The notes under the pieces are model-generated. The model saw only the letters and a program-made list of their open reading frames with translations. It was not told where the DNA came from and ran no database searches. Source: a virus (taxonomy: Duplodnaviria; Caudoviricetes). Taken from it: 64,000 bases of DNA. Where the stretch lies: positions 128,001 through 192,000 of the IMG/VR virus record IMGVR_UViG_3300002092_001784; one strand, given 5' to 3'. Position numbers and translations under genes: made by a program. Below, piece by piece: positions 1-10,139 of the stretch (positions are counted from its first letter, which is position 1; every line of letters begins with the position of its first letter).

Positions 1-187
1 CTGTATTTAACTGCTATTTTCACATGCGTATTGGCGTTTACATACCATACATACAAACTACAAAATACCGTTGGTGACCGTTTGGATTACGACAAACACC
101 AATATTATAATAAACGTTCGATTGCATACGGTTCAATGGCTGTTGCACTGACTATTATTGGGTTGTTAATTATAATTTGGATTTAGT

Positions 188-1099
188 ATGAATGGTACAA
201 TTGTAATTTTCATAATGCCGTCCGAAGTAGAAGATTTGGCATTGACTCTGTATAACTTAAAACGATCTTCGATATTTCGTAACACTGATAATATTAAATT
301 GAAAGTTGATATTGGGGTATGTTTATCGGATGAAGTAACCGATTGGTCGGCATCAAAACTTTCACAAGACTATGTGAAAGGACGTGTGACTGAATTATGC
401 TTAAAGTATCTAAATTGGTGTGAATATGATTTGTTTTTTGAGTATGGTGCTGAGGTGTTAGGGTGTGATACGTTTCGTAAACGAAGTTGGAAATCGAATA
501 TAAATACTGATTTTTTCATATGGTTAGATTGTGATATGATATTCCCCGATTCAAGTTTACAGTGTATAGAAAATACATTTGAAACTATCAAATCAAACGG
601 ATATGATGATATGATTATCACACCACAAATAATAAAACATTGGGATTCATCTTGGAATATTATATCAAATAGTCTATATGCTAATCATACATTTGATGAT
701 AGGATGAAGTTAGATGTATATACAGAATGTATTTCACAAAATAGTAATTCTGGCTTCTATGTTACACAGTTGGATACTTTCAAATTCGCAGGTGGGTGGT
801 TTACATTGATTTCCAAATCTCTTTTAGATAAAATAGGAATACCTGATTCATTTGGGCATTATGGTGCATTGGATACATTTATTCAAATATGTGCTAGTAT
901 TATGAAACAAAATGGACATGCGGTATCGCAATATGTAATTATGGATTTGGTTGTGAGTGAGTTATACAATCGTAGATGTAATGAATTTATTTCAACGCAA
1001 TTTGTGAGTATTGGTGACAAGAATGAGTTCTCTAAGCCAACTAAAGATAATTTTACTATTGAGATACAAAACTTTAGGAAACGATGGTGTGATGAATAA
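188..1099 (+). CDS. Glycosyltransferase-like protein (GT-A fold)
   Basis: 303-aa ORF with hydrophobic strand plus DxD-like motif (FFIWLDCDMIFP) and GGWF...FGHYG..D segment. Confidence 0.6.
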   Translation: MNGTIVIFIMPSEVEDLALTLYNLKRSSIFRNTDNIKLKVDIGVCLSDEVTDWSASKLSQDYVKGRVTELCLKYLNWCEYDLFFEYGAEVLGCDTFRKRSWKSNINTDFFIWLDCDMIFPDSSLQCIENTFETIKSNGYDDMIITPQIIKHWDSSWNIISNSLYANHTFDDRMKLDVYTECISQNSNSGFYVTQLDTFKFAGGWFTLISKSLLDKIGIPDSFGHYGALDTFIQICASIMKQNGHAVSQYVIMDLVVSELYNRRCNEFISTQFVSIGDKNEFSKPTKDNFTIEIQNFRKRWCDE

Positions 1100-1490
1100 A
1101 AAGAAAAAGCCAGATTTGGTTGTATGGAGTGAAGAGCGTGGATATTATCAGCAGAGCCTTCCATACGGTACAAATACAGGTGCACCTGCAATTAGTATAG
1201 AAAATGTCCAAGGTTGGAAACAAACACAGGCATTGGAGGTTAATAAACTATTCAGTACAAAATATGATGAACTGAAGTCACAGATGATTAATCTGCTTGA
1301 TGAAGTGAGATGGAATGAGTTAGTATACTCGTCTGTTTTTAATTTTACTCCATTGATAGGTGAAACTTATTATTTATATGAGAAAGATGATGGTACTACC
1401 TTTTTATCATTGATTTCGCCAAATGAATGGGCACAAAAGTTTATAGGAGCAACAAAGGTAGACTCAACTAAAAAATGGATAAAGTTATGA
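1092..1490 (+). CDS. DUF2452-like protein
   Basis: Start reassigned to ATG 1092; PYGTNTGAPAI and F.PLIGETYYLY...FLSLISPNEW resemble the Bacteroidota DUF2452 family (from memory). Confidence 0.6.
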   Translation: MNKKKKPDLVVWSEERGYYQQSLPYGTNTGAPAISIENVQGWKQTQALEVNKLFSTKYDELKSQMINLLDEVRWNELVYSSVFNFTPLIGETYYLYEKDDGTTFLSLISPNEWAQKFIGATKVDSTKKWIKL

Positions 1491-2146
1491 GAGAACAAAG
1501 TGTAAGACATTGGACGGCTGGATTTGATGATGGTTCGTTTTTACATGAGTGGCGTGGGTTTGCGCCATTTTGGCTAGGTTGCTTTTATGGTGAGAGTAAG
1601 TGTAATGGTGGTGAGGAAAAATATTCACATTGTTATGATTTCTGTTCTGGGATTGGTGATGTTGAGTGGTGGATAGCGGACGAGATTGCTAAATTATCAG
1701 TAGCAGAGCAAGAAGAGATGTATCAACTGATGGTACGAAACAAAGCAATTGATGATAAAATCACATACGATGCCATAAATATGATAGCAAGTGTGCTTGG
1801 GGTTGAGAAACATCATATATACCGATTAGGAAATCGCCACATCATTAAATTGGTAGAATGCAAAACAGAATCCATTGAAGATGAATACAAGAGGGCAATC
1901 AAAGGTGTAGGATTAAATACCGTAGCTACCGAGTATGACCCATTTTATAAGTTTATTTGCGAAAAATATACAGATTTGGAAGAACATGAATATACTAATA
2001 AATTTGTAATATCGTACATATCCGGCCACCGGGTAGTAGAAATAAAGGTAAGAGAACGAATCCACAAATTGGTAACAGAACATTTTTCGGAAGATGTTGT
2101 TGAAGTTAGTGAATTGTTGGAATTTATATGTAAAATAGCAGAATAA
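1475..2146 (+). CDS. Hypothetical protein
   Basis: 223-aa ORF in tightly packed + strand run. Confidence 0.7.
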   Translation: MDKVMREQSVRHWTAGFDDGSFLHEWRGFAPFWLGCFYGESKCNGGEEKYSHCYDFCSGIGDVEWWIADEIAKLSVAEQEEMYQLMVRNKAIDDKITYDAINMIASVLGVEKHHIYRLGNRHIIKLVECKTESIEDEYKRAIKGVGLNTVATEYDPFYKFICEKYTDLEEHEYTNKFVISYISGHRVVEIKVRERIHKLVTEHFSEDVVEVSELLEFICKIAE

Positions 2147-2149
2147 GAT

Positions 2150-2437
2150 ATGAACATTATTTACGATATTAACGATTTTTCTTGGAGCAGAGATGATAAT
2201 TCATTTTATGCAGATGCTGCTTTTTTAAGCCCAATCTATGGTGATTATCATTGTGCATTTCCAAATGGAAAGAAACAGTTCTACATTGAGAACTCTGGAA
2301 CGGGTCATTTCAGACGATTTACGTTCGTGTCCGAATTTGAACGAATCAATATGGGTGATGGAGATTTTGAACCACATTCACTTTGGGAATTTATAAGTGA
2401 AGATGGAATATTTTGCCGAATTGGTATAACAATATAA
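2150..2437 (+). CDS. Hypothetical protein
   Basis: Operon-like spacing. Confidence 0.7.
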   Translation: MNIIYDINDFSWSRDDNSFYADAAFLSPIYGDYHCAFPNGKKQFYIENSGTGHFRRFTFVSEFERINMGDGDFEPHSLWEFISEDGIFCRIGITI

Positions 2438-2448
2438 TATTAAACTAA

Positions 2449-2718
2449 ATGAAACGATTTCACGGAATGATGCCTCAAAATGAGGTTAAGATACATAAAA
2501 CTGTTAAAGTAGGTACACCACCTGTTACAGTTGTAATACAAGCTGGTGATAAGGGATGGACAATACTATATGCTGATCATTCTTCTGAATTTGAGGATGT
2601 TGAAGATAGTGCCGAAAACAATTACAATAAAGCATTCGATATTCTAAATCAACACGTTACTGATAACATAGAGTTGGATAAATTAAAAGAAAATACAAAA
2701 ATTGATGATCAAGAATAA
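2449..2718 (+). CDS. Hypothetical protein
   Basis: Operon-like spacing. Confidence 0.7.
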   Translation: MKRFHGMMPQNEVKIHKTVKVGTPPVTVVIQAGDKGWTILYADHSSEFEDVEDSAENNYNKAFDILNQHVTDNIELDKLKENTKIDDQE

Positions 2719-3157
2719 AACAATTGCTTTAATAGCACATGATGCTCGGAAAGCAGATATGGTAGAATGGGTAGACCATAACGCATCTACATTGATGAGA
2801 AATAAAATGGTATGTACTGGAACTACTGGAGCGTTGATAGAAACTGCACTAACAATACATGTGGGAGACGGTGATTATATTCCACCAATAATTAAAATGA
2901 AATCCGGTCCTATGGGTGGTGATGCACAAATTGCGGCTATGGTTGTTGAAGGTAAGGTTGATCTTTGTGTATTTCTAATTGATGATTTGACAGCAAACCC
3001 GCATGAAGCCGATATTCAGATGTTATTGAGGCAATGTAGGATACATAACATTCCTGTTGCATGTAACAGACATTCGGCAGACTTGATGATTACATCGGAT
3101 TTGTGGGGTACGAAATACAAACCAACAGAGCCAAGATATACTAAATTTAACAGATAA
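2705..3157 (+). CDS. mgsA: Methylglyoxal synthase
   Basis: IALIAHD..K, TGTTG, SGPMGGDAQI, D.L...PHEADI..L.R.C..HNIP.A.N motifs all intact. Confidence 0.93.
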   Translation: MIKNKTIALIAHDARKADMVEWVDHNASTLMRNKMVCTGTTGALIETALTIHVGDGDYIPPIIKMKSGPMGGDAQIAAMVVEGKVDLCVFLIDDLTANPHEADIQMLLRQCRIHNIPVACNRHSADLMITSDLWGTKYKPTEPRYTKFNR

Positions 3158-3160
3158 AAT

Positions 3161-3820
3161 ATGAGCAGTAACACATTAACACACGCAGAGAAAGAAATCG
3201 AAATTCTTTTAAGAACATCAACCGATCCAGATGATAGACCGATTATCGAAGAGTTTATACCGGAAATATTGGCATTGGTTGATAAGTTTGGTAACTCCGG
3301 CCAATCTGGAGGTTCAGCACCGTACACTGCCAACGCAATAGCAAATGCGGTCAAAAAGTTATGTTTGCAGGAGACAATAGCTCCATTGACTGGAGAAGAT
3401 AGTGAATGGTATGAAGTGGGACGTTTTGGACCTGATGATAATATTATTCAAAACAATAGAGAATCTGCGGTATTCAAAGATGGTAAGAATGCTAGACCAC
3501 ATTATTTGGATGCCGTTATTTTCAAAGGTGAAGATGAATGGGATCAATTTACAGGTACAGTTGACGATATTTGTAGTAGGCAATATATTAAATCATTCCC
3601 ATTTACACCTAAACGATTTTATATCGATGTGGTAATAGAGCAACTGCCGGAAGATTGGACAGAAGAGCCATATTTTGAAGGCAAGGATTGGTATGATACT
3701 GCCGAGTTTGAGCAAACCGGAGTAAAGAATTGGCATAAAGGTAAGTATCGGTATCACATTAAAGACCGTAGTCAATTGGACGAAGTATTTGAATATTACG
3801 ATAAATTTGAACGGCAATGA
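3161..3820 (+). CDS. Hypothetical phage protein
   Basis: 219-aa ORF. Confidence 0.75.
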   Translation: MSSNTLTHAEKEIEILLRTSTDPDDRPIIEEFIPEILALVDKFGNSGQSGGSAPYTANAIANAVKKLCLQETIAPLTGEDSEWYEVGRFGPDDNIIQNNRESAVFKDGKNARPHYLDAVIFKGEDEWDQFTGTVDDICSRQYIKSFPFTPKRFYIDVVIEQLPEDWTEEPYFEGKDWYDTAEFEQTGVKNWHKGKYRYHIKDRSQLDEVFEYYDKFERQ

Positions 3821-4218
3821 AAGGAGTTACAGCATTATTTATAGTACTTTGGTGTGCTATTACATTTATACCAATGATATTCTTATTGTTGGATTTGGCT
3901 GTTAGTGGCAGAAACAGTTTACTGAACAATCTTATTGATGAAATTAATCGTTTTAATTAAATCCGTATGGAAAAAACTACTATTATGCTCAACGCTAAAT
4001 TGCTATTATGTAAAATGGTAGGTTATGCCATTACCATTTAACACACGGTATGAAGCTGGGTATTACTATTCGAAGTTGGATAGTAATACTGATTATATTC
4101 GTATAACAGATATTCACGATTACTTTGAAGCAAGACGATTGAATAAATTATATGAATATGATGGGTACTCTATGAATAAAATTGATGAAACCTCTATTGG
4201 AATTAAATCTTATATAAA

Positions 4219-4569
4219 ATGCTGACAATCGAAAATATTGAAAAGTTTGTATATAGTATCAATGATATTACTATACGATACGAAGGATCGGAGTATGAAC
4301 TACCTAACAATGGTTTAGTTGCTAACGCATATTATGAGTTCAAAGTAATAGAGCCTATTAATAGTAAACTTGTAAACGGAAATCATTCAGCAGTAAAAGG
4401 ACACATAAAATTACACCGCATTGCTGATCACAAATACAAAGTAGAATGGCTACCAACTTTTGGTAATAATGTGGTACGTTGGATAACACCACAACAGCTA
4501 AAAACACCGGAATCATTTAGAAACTGGATAAGTGAAATAAATTTAACATCAAATAAACAAAGATTATGA
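4219..4569 (+). CDS. Hypothetical protein
   Basis: ORF; ATGA overlap with next gene. Confidence 0.7.
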   Translation: MLTIENIEKFVYSINDITIRYEGSEYELPNNGLVANAYYEFKVIEPINSKLVNGNHSAVKGHIKLHRIADHKYKVEWLPTFGNNVVRWITPQQLKTPESFRNWISEINLTSNKQRL

Positions 4570-4865
4570 GTAGAAGTAACGAATTTAATGAACAAAACGT
4601 TGTGGGAAACTTGCCACAAGATGACCGAATTGTTGGCCAAGATTTCCGACCAGAGACTGTTGTAAATGAACGCCCTAAAATTAGAAGAATTGAAATCAAC
4701 GAACTGGATCATGGGTATACCGTCCAAGTAGGATGCCAACATTTTGCGATTGAAAACGGAAATCGATTGCTGGCACTATTATCTGAATACATTGGAAATC
4801 CAAAGAACACTGAAAAATTATATTTCGATGGTACTTTATTTTCAGACAGACCAAATTATAAATAA
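4566..4865 (+). CDS. Hypothetical protein
   Basis: ATGA overlap with upstream gene. Confidence 0.7.
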   Translation: MSRSNEFNEQNVVGNLPQDDRIVGQDFRPETVVNERPKIRRIEINELDHGYTVQVGCQHFAIENGNRLLALLSEYIGNPKNTEKLYFDGTLFSDRPNYK

Positions 4866-4874
4866 ACAAAGATC

Positions 4875-5060
4875 ATGAAAACAGTAGAAATTAGTGAAGA
4901 TACTCTAAGAGGTGTATTTTTAATCTTATGTGACATGCCAACCGATCACAGTACGGATGAAGTTTATCAGGCAGCAATACCAATTATGAATAAAGCACAT
5001 CAAGATATTATAGATATGGGTAATGCCCGTAGATATGATAGTAGGGGTGCAGATTTATAA
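4875..5060 (+). CDS. Hypothetical protein
   Basis: Short ORF in run. Confidence 0.6.
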   Translation: MKTVEISEDTLRGVFLILCDMPTDHSTDEVYQAAIPIMNKAHQDIIDMGNARRYDSRGADL

Positions 5061-5117
5061 TCAAACAAATCAAATCCGAACTCGGACATACTAGATAAAA
5101 AAAATAAAGCTAATACC

Positions 5118-5543
5118 ATGACTACTAGTAATAAGGCAATAGAGACGACTATAAACATAAATGCAATAGCAAAGATAACACTATATCCAACTAGACCCTA
5201 TATAGAGAATCTTACATATAGGCCAGAAGGAAGGTATGAAGTACCTGATACGTTATTTAATGCATTCAGAAGGTTACTACATCTAGAACCTAAGACCGAA
5301 TACCTAACGGAAGGGTGGATTACGCCAGATGGGATGGAATGGAATCCGGATGAATACCATCCAGTATATCGTCTGGATACCGAAACACGTACAGTGTGGA
5401 AGCAGGCAGTGGTTACGGTAGAATTTAAGAATCATAAGCGGTGGGTGGAAAAGGTGTTCCATACCGATGCCGAAGCCAGAGAGTTTGTCCAACACCTTAC
5501 TATGTTTAGTGATAGTAAGTTCATTACCTTTATAAACGAATGA
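5118..5543 (+). CDS. Hypothetical protein
   Basis: 141-aa ORF. Confidence 0.7.
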   Translation: MTTSNKAIETTININAIAKITLYPTRPYIENLTYRPEGRYEVPDTLFNAFRRLLHLEPKTEYLTEGWITPDGMEWNPDEYHPVYRLDTETRTVWKQAVVTVEFKNHKRWVEKVFHTDAEAREFVQHLTMFSDSKFITFINE

Positions 5544-5855
5544 GATTTAAGAAAGCAATAAGAACCTAAGAACGGAAGTGGGGTGCGAATACGTTATACC
5601 GATAATAGCCGGTAATTCAACGGCTTATGGGGCAGCAATCGTATCCTACGGACGTGGGTAGTGTGTATGGAGACAGGGACAGGAAGTTTTCGGTAGGACT
5701 AGGTATCATATGACACAACGTGACACTTTGTTACACCAAATGATTGAGAGGGGTTATGATGATAGGCAAATATAACGGCCCATATCCCTTATACCAAGCT
5801 GGAGTAAATATATATACCAATTATATTTTTTCCATATACGCGAAGTTTTTCTAGC

Positions 5856-5910
5856 TTATTAGAACTTTATTAGAACTTTATTAGAACTTTTTTTAGAATA
5901 TTTATTAGAA
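5856..5910. repeat. Tandem 11-bp repeat TTATTAGAACT (3 exact + 2 degenerate units)
   Basis: Read directly; exact units at 5856, 5867, 5878. Confidence 0.9.
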
Positions 5911-5935
5911 ATTATAACAATTAAATGATAGGATT

Positions 5936-6175
5936 ATGGATAGGAAATTAATTAGATTAGCCGTAGAAGATATAAATCTAACGGAAGTTGAGAATAGTGT
6001 GCTAGTACAAACGGCTGGCGATACTGATTTTATTTTTGATGCTGAAGTATTCGATGTACTGATTGAACGGTATTTAGAACTGATGGGCTTGGGGATTGAT
6101 ACGAATCATTTTTGCGATTGCGAAGATGGTGAATGTGAAGGATGTGGCGATGATGTAGAGAAGGAAGTGTGGTAA
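5936..6175 (+). CDS. Hypothetical acidic protein with C-terminal Cys cluster
   Basis: CDCEDGECEGC. Confidence 0.65.
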   Translation: MDRKLIRLAVEDINLTEVENSVLVQTAGDTDFIFDAEVFDVLIERYLELMGLGIDTNHFCDCEDGECEGCGDDVEKEVW

Positions 6176-6360
6176 AATAACAATTCGTAAGCGTAAGCAT
6201 ATCAATTACTTACAAAATGTTACACATGTCAACGTGTCGACAGAACACTTTGTTACAAAGCCATTGAATTGGCTATCATTATGTAAATAATTAGTATAGT
6301 TTAACATAATTTAATATAATATCAATTAAAAATAAAAGTTTATGATATTTATTATATATT

Positions 6361-6924
6361 ATGTTAAACTATTTAATTATGGATTGGAAACGCGTATATT
6401 TAGAAATTATAGATAGAGCTCGGACTAGAGTTATACAAAAAGGAATATATAGGGAAACGCATCATATTGTTCCTATATGCATGGGTGGAGAAAACACAAA
6501 AGAAAATAAAGTAGAGTTAACATACAGAGAACACTTTATTTGCCACCGAATATTACATATTATTTTTCCAAAGAATAAAGAATTAGCATCGGCATTTCAT
6601 ATCAGTGCCTATGGGACAAACGCAAGAAAAACTCGTAAGAGTGGAGTGTTGTGGTGTCCTTCTTCACGTGCGCTTGAAGCTGCTCGTATAGCTAAAATCC
6701 ACGCTCGTACTGGTACGCATCATAGTGAAGAAACTAAAGCCAAAATGGCTGAAACTCACCGATTGAGAAAGGAAATGGGTACACCTCGAAAACCCAGCCC
6801 ACCACTTACTGAAGAAACTAAAGAGAAAATGCGGCAGGCCAAATTAGGAAAGAGCCGTGCACCGTTTACCGAAGAGCATAAAGCCAAATTGAGAGAAGCA
6901 CGGGCTAATAGAAAATCCAAGTAA
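6361..6924 (+). CDS. HNH homing endonuclease with NUMOD3 repeats
   Basis: ETHHIVP.CMGG.N...N.V.LT.REHF..H plus HSEETKAKM / TEETKEKMRQAKLGK / TEEHKAKL motifs. Confidence 0.88.
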   Translation: MLNYLIMDWKRVYLEIIDRARTRVIQKGIYRETHHIVPICMGGENTKENKVELTYREHFICHRILHIIFPKNKELASAFHISAYGTNARKTRKSGVLWCPSSRALEAARIAKIHARTGTHHSEETKAKMAETHRLRKEMGTPRKPSPPLTEETKEKMRQAKLGKSRAPFTEEHKAKLREARANRKSK

Positions 6925-7412
6925 ATATTCCATTAGTGTGTTATGTTAAACCGTTTTTGTAACTGATTGATTATCAGCACGTTGATAAATCAATACTATT
7001 TAACCTAATATAAGTTATAAGACACGGATTTAACATAATAATATCCGCACTGATACTCAATGAGTTAGAAGCCTTCTGCATGTGAATATACCGTAATCGT
7101 TTGTAAATGAATGGGTTAGCCCGCTTACGAATTGTTACGGTATTGTGCGTCAATCGGTTACGAAAGCCGGTATGAATAATACCTAACAGTATATAAATTA
7201 TGTTAAGTGAAGCAGATACCGACAATCGTATTATGTTAAACTGAAAGCCAATCAATAAAAATATTATGTTAATGGGGATATACATGCCGGTCGGACAAAA
7301 GATTTAACATTGGCTTAACATTATTTAACAGTTATTATTTGGAATGTCCGCATAAATGTAGTATATTTGAAATATCAGTTTGAGAGTTATTATTCATTAA
7401 AAAACAAAGACG

Positions 7413-7700
7413 ATGACAGCAAATGAGATGATGGAGTTACAGAGTGAGTTAAAGGCATGGTCCGAAAGAGAACGTTCGGTAGAAGAAATCGCAAGGATGG
7501 AAGCGGAGAGTGAAGAGTTCAGAATCATGCTGACCGAAGCGTTATCCCAGCCACCACTAACTCCGGATGCAGAGTTGGACTTGGCGATAGAGAGTTGGGG
7601 CTTATATTCACCCGAAGATTACGAATACTTTTATGTATTGGCAAAGAAGTTGGGCAGATATAATGAGGTAAGAAACCTCAGTTCGGCCTTATTTGAATAA
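7413..7700 (+). CDS. Hypothetical protein
   Basis: First gene after promoter at 7304-7349. Confidence 0.7.
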   Translation: MTANEMMELQSELKAWSERERSVEEIARMEAESEEFRIMLTEALSQPPLTPDAELDLAIESWGLYSPEDYEYFYVLAKKLGRYNEVRNLSSALFE

Positions 7701-7722
7701 GAAACGTTAAGAGAGATGAGTT

Positions 7723-7941
7723 ATGACATATACTGACAGATATGCGTTTTTAGTTAAATTCCTTAAAGATAACGATGCTCATACTAAATGGCAACACAAT
7801 CGTAACGTTAAGGATATTTTGGAAATAATAACAGATGAACCACAACATGCTTTCACAGCCGCCTTTAAGTGGTGGGATACTCCAGAAGGACATGATTATT
7901 GGGAAGCACTGTATTGGAAATGGATGGGTAATTTTAAGTAA
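7723..7941 (+). CDS. AFxWxxTPEG-family paralogue 1
   Basis: AFKWWDTPEGHDYW. Confidence 0.85.
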   Translation: MTYTDRYAFLVKFLKDNDAHTKWQHNRNVKDILEIITDEPQHAFTAAFKWWDTPEGHDYWEALYWKWMGNFK

Positions 7942-7944
7942 GAT

Positions 7945-8205
7945 ATGACGATAGACGAACGACAATTTATGTTTGAACAATTTCTTCAGAGTAAGGATTG
8001 TTATAATGTATTCATACAGAACTGTAAGAAGTATAAGCAGTCGTATGATAACGATATGAAATCATTGGTAATGTCAAGCTTACCATTCAGTTGTATTGAC
8101 CATGCTTTCACATGGAAAGCTACCGATGAAGGACATGATTATTGGAATGATTTGGCAAGAGAATGGTCAGAAAAATTTAAGGTATATGACAATAGAACAA
8201 CGTAA
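7945..8205 (+). CDS. AFxWxxTPEG-family paralogue 2
   Basis: AFTWKATDEGHDYW. Confidence 0.85.
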   Translation: MTIDERQFMFEQFLQSKDCYNVFIQNCKKYKQSYDNDMKSLVMSSLPFSCIDHAFTWKATDEGHDYWNDLAREWSEKFKVYDNRTT

Positions 8206-8437
8206 CGAGTTTGTCATCAATTGGTTACGACAAGAGGGGTTATATGATAGCTACCGTACCGCCTTTAGAGCCAGATGTGCTAAGGACAATGTAGGAGTGG
8301 ATAAAAAGTGGAATGATCTGATGTCGATGGATGAACCATCCGATATATTCTCAGCCGCATTTGCATTTGGTGATACGCCAGACGGGCATCTGATTTGGCC
8401 GGATGCTGCAATTCGATTCTGTAAACAATTTAAGTAG
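8186..8437 (+). CDS. AFxWxxTPEG-family paralogue 3
   Basis: Start reassigned to MTIEQR at 8186; AFAFGDTPDGHLIW. Confidence 0.85.
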   Translation: MTIEQRNEFVINWLRQEGLYDSYRTAFRARCAKDNVGVDKKWNDLMSMDEPSDIFSAAFAFGDTPDGHLIWPDAAIRFCKQFK

Positions 8438-8443
8438 AACACA

Positions 8444-8701
8444 ATGACGATAGAACAACGTAAAAAGTTTTTAATAGAGTTCCTAACCAACAGAGGGGCT
8501 TACACCGGATTTGTGGCAAACATAATAGCACATCATCCTAATGTGATTGTTGGTAGTTTTATTATAGATTTAGTAACTAGCAATAATCCACAGATCGCCA
8601 TAGGTGGTGCATTTCCGTGGGATGACTCACCCGAAGGTCCGACGTATTGGTCGGTATTAAGAGAAGAATTTGTAAATCAATTTAATCCGATAGAAGAATG
8701 A
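8444..8701 (+). CDS. AFxWxxTPEG-family paralogue 4
   Basis: AFPWDDSPEGPTYW. Confidence 0.85.
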   Translation: MTIEQRKKFLIEFLTNRGAYTGFVANIIAHHPNVIVGSFIIDLVTSNNPQIAIGGAFPWDDSPEGPTYWSVLREEFVNQFNPIEE

Positions 8702-8937
8702 CACCAGAACAACGTAAATTAGTATTGTATCGATTCCTGTCCGACCGTGATGCATTGGGGCATTGGAAACAGAATGTGGAGAATAACACAGACAGTATGT
8801 GGCAAAGTGCAGAATCAGCATTTGAGGATAACAATCATCAGAATTGTATAGGTAATGTATTTGGGTGGACTCAAACACCACAAGGTTCGAAGTATTGGGA
8901 AGGACTATATAATGAATGGCATCGTATGTTTGTGTAA
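8698..8937 (+). CDS. AFxWxxTPEG-family paralogue 5
   Basis: VFGWTQTPQGSKYW. Confidence 0.85.
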   Translation: MTPEQRKLVLYRFLSDRDALGHWKQNVENNTDSMWQSAESAFEDNNHQNCIGNVFGWTQTPQGSKYWEGLYNEWHRMFV

Positions 8938-9123
8938 GATTTAACAATTACTTAACATTGAATAGTTGGAATGTCCGAGCTTTTGTTGTATCTTTAGGTA
9001 TTGAGTTTTGAGAGTTACTAATTAAAAATTCGGTATTATGGGTTTAGTTGTGTTGATGTTCGCTGAGTTGTGCCTGTTAGGGCTGGTTACGTTTTTAGTG
9101 TGTTACCTAAGTGGATATGAGAT

Positions 9124-9390
9124 ATGGAAGAATTAGAAATATTTGATAAGGATGGGAAGGCATTGCAACTGGCCGATCTTATATACAGTTTTATTAAAGA
9201 TAAAGCAGAAGAAAATAAAATTGATATAGAAAATGTCTATGTTGGTGTAGATGTTGGATTCCCAAAAGGTAAGACACCTATTTGGATACATACAGTCGAA
9301 AGCGTTGATAACGGCTATGATGCAATAGAATTACACAATTTTGGTAAACCGTATATAGTTTCAAATTCATTAATACACAATAAGTTATGA
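9124..9390 (+). CDS. Hypothetical protein interrupting the paralogue array
   Basis: Unrelated to the array family; N-terminal ALQLADLIYS. Confidence 0.7.
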   Translation: MEELEIFDKDGKALQLADLIYSFIKDKAEENKIDIENVYVGVDVGFPKGKTPIWIHTVESVDNGYDAIELHNFGKPYIVSNSLIHNKL

Positions 9391-9632
9391 GAAAGATAAG
9401 TAATGAGAAGTTCTTAGTATGGCTAAACACACAGGGTGTATATGAACAGTTTTGCAGCAACTGCAAGCTATTGATAGCTGGTGGTACTGATTCTGTTGAA
9501 TGGTATATGAATACGCTACTTGAAGATTTCCGTAATCCAATCATGCCCGCTTTCGATTGGGATTCCTCAGTTGAGGGGTATGATCATTGGTGTGTTATTT
9601 CAGATAACTATGATGCCGAATTTAATCATTAA
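9387..9632 (+). CDS. AFxWxxTPEG-family paralogue 6
   Basis: AFDWDSSVEGYDHW. Confidence 0.85.
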   Translation: MRKISNEKFLVWLNTQGVYEQFCSNCKLLIAGGTDSVEWYMNTLLEDFRNPIMPAFDWDSSVEGYDHWCVISDNYDAEFNH

Positions 9633-9638
9633 TATAGT

Positions 9639-9878
9639 ATGACATATACTGAAAGACATACGTTTTTACTTAAATTCCTTCTCGATAACGATGCTCTTAC
9701 TCAATGGATATACAACCGTACACACATACCACTAAATGGTAAGTTTACAGAACTGTTGGATATTTTAGGCGATAATCCTAGTGATGCAATTTCAATGGCA
9801 TTTGACTGGTCACATACGGTAGAAGGGCATCAATATTGGGGAGAACTACATAGAAAATGGATGAGTAAATTTAAGTAA
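9639..9878 (+). CDS. AFxWxxTPEG-family paralogue 7
   Basis: AFDWSHTVEGHQYW; close to paralogue 1. Confidence 0.85.
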   Translation: MTYTERHTFLLKFLLDNDALTQWIYNRTHIPLNGKFTELLDILGDNPSDAISMAFDWSHTVEGHQYWGELHRKWMSKFK

Positions 9879-9881
9879 GCG

Positions 9882-10139
9882 ATGACAGCACAACAACAAC
9901 GACGATTGGAGATATTAAACAGTTTTTTGGACGAGCATAATTGTAAAGCCAAATTTTTTAAGTATCGTGATGACTACTATACTGGACTTAATTCGTATCA
10001 ATCATATTCGAGTATGGTAACTACCCATAATCCCGCTAATGTGTTTAGTACGGCATTTAGTTGGGCGGATACACCGGAAGGTACACAATTTTGGTCAGAT
10101 TTGGCAGACGAGTTCAAATCTAAATTTATAATACAATGA
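9882..10139 (+). CDS. AFxWxxTPEG-family paralogue 8
   Basis: AFSWADTPEGTQFW. Confidence 0.85.
   Translation: MTAQQQRRLEILNSFLDEHNCKAKFFKYRDDYYTGLNSYQSYSSMVTTHNPANVFSTAFSWADTPEGTQFWSDLADEFKSKFIIQ

Noticed and set aside
188-1099. Glycosyltransferase as a DNA hypermodification enzyme
   Set aside because: No linked base-modification genes here, and ThyA keeps dUMP specificity; cannot be supported from this window.
6361-6924. HNH gene as part of a self-splicing intron
   Set aside because: Not inside any interrupted gene; has its own upstream motif; treated as free-standing.
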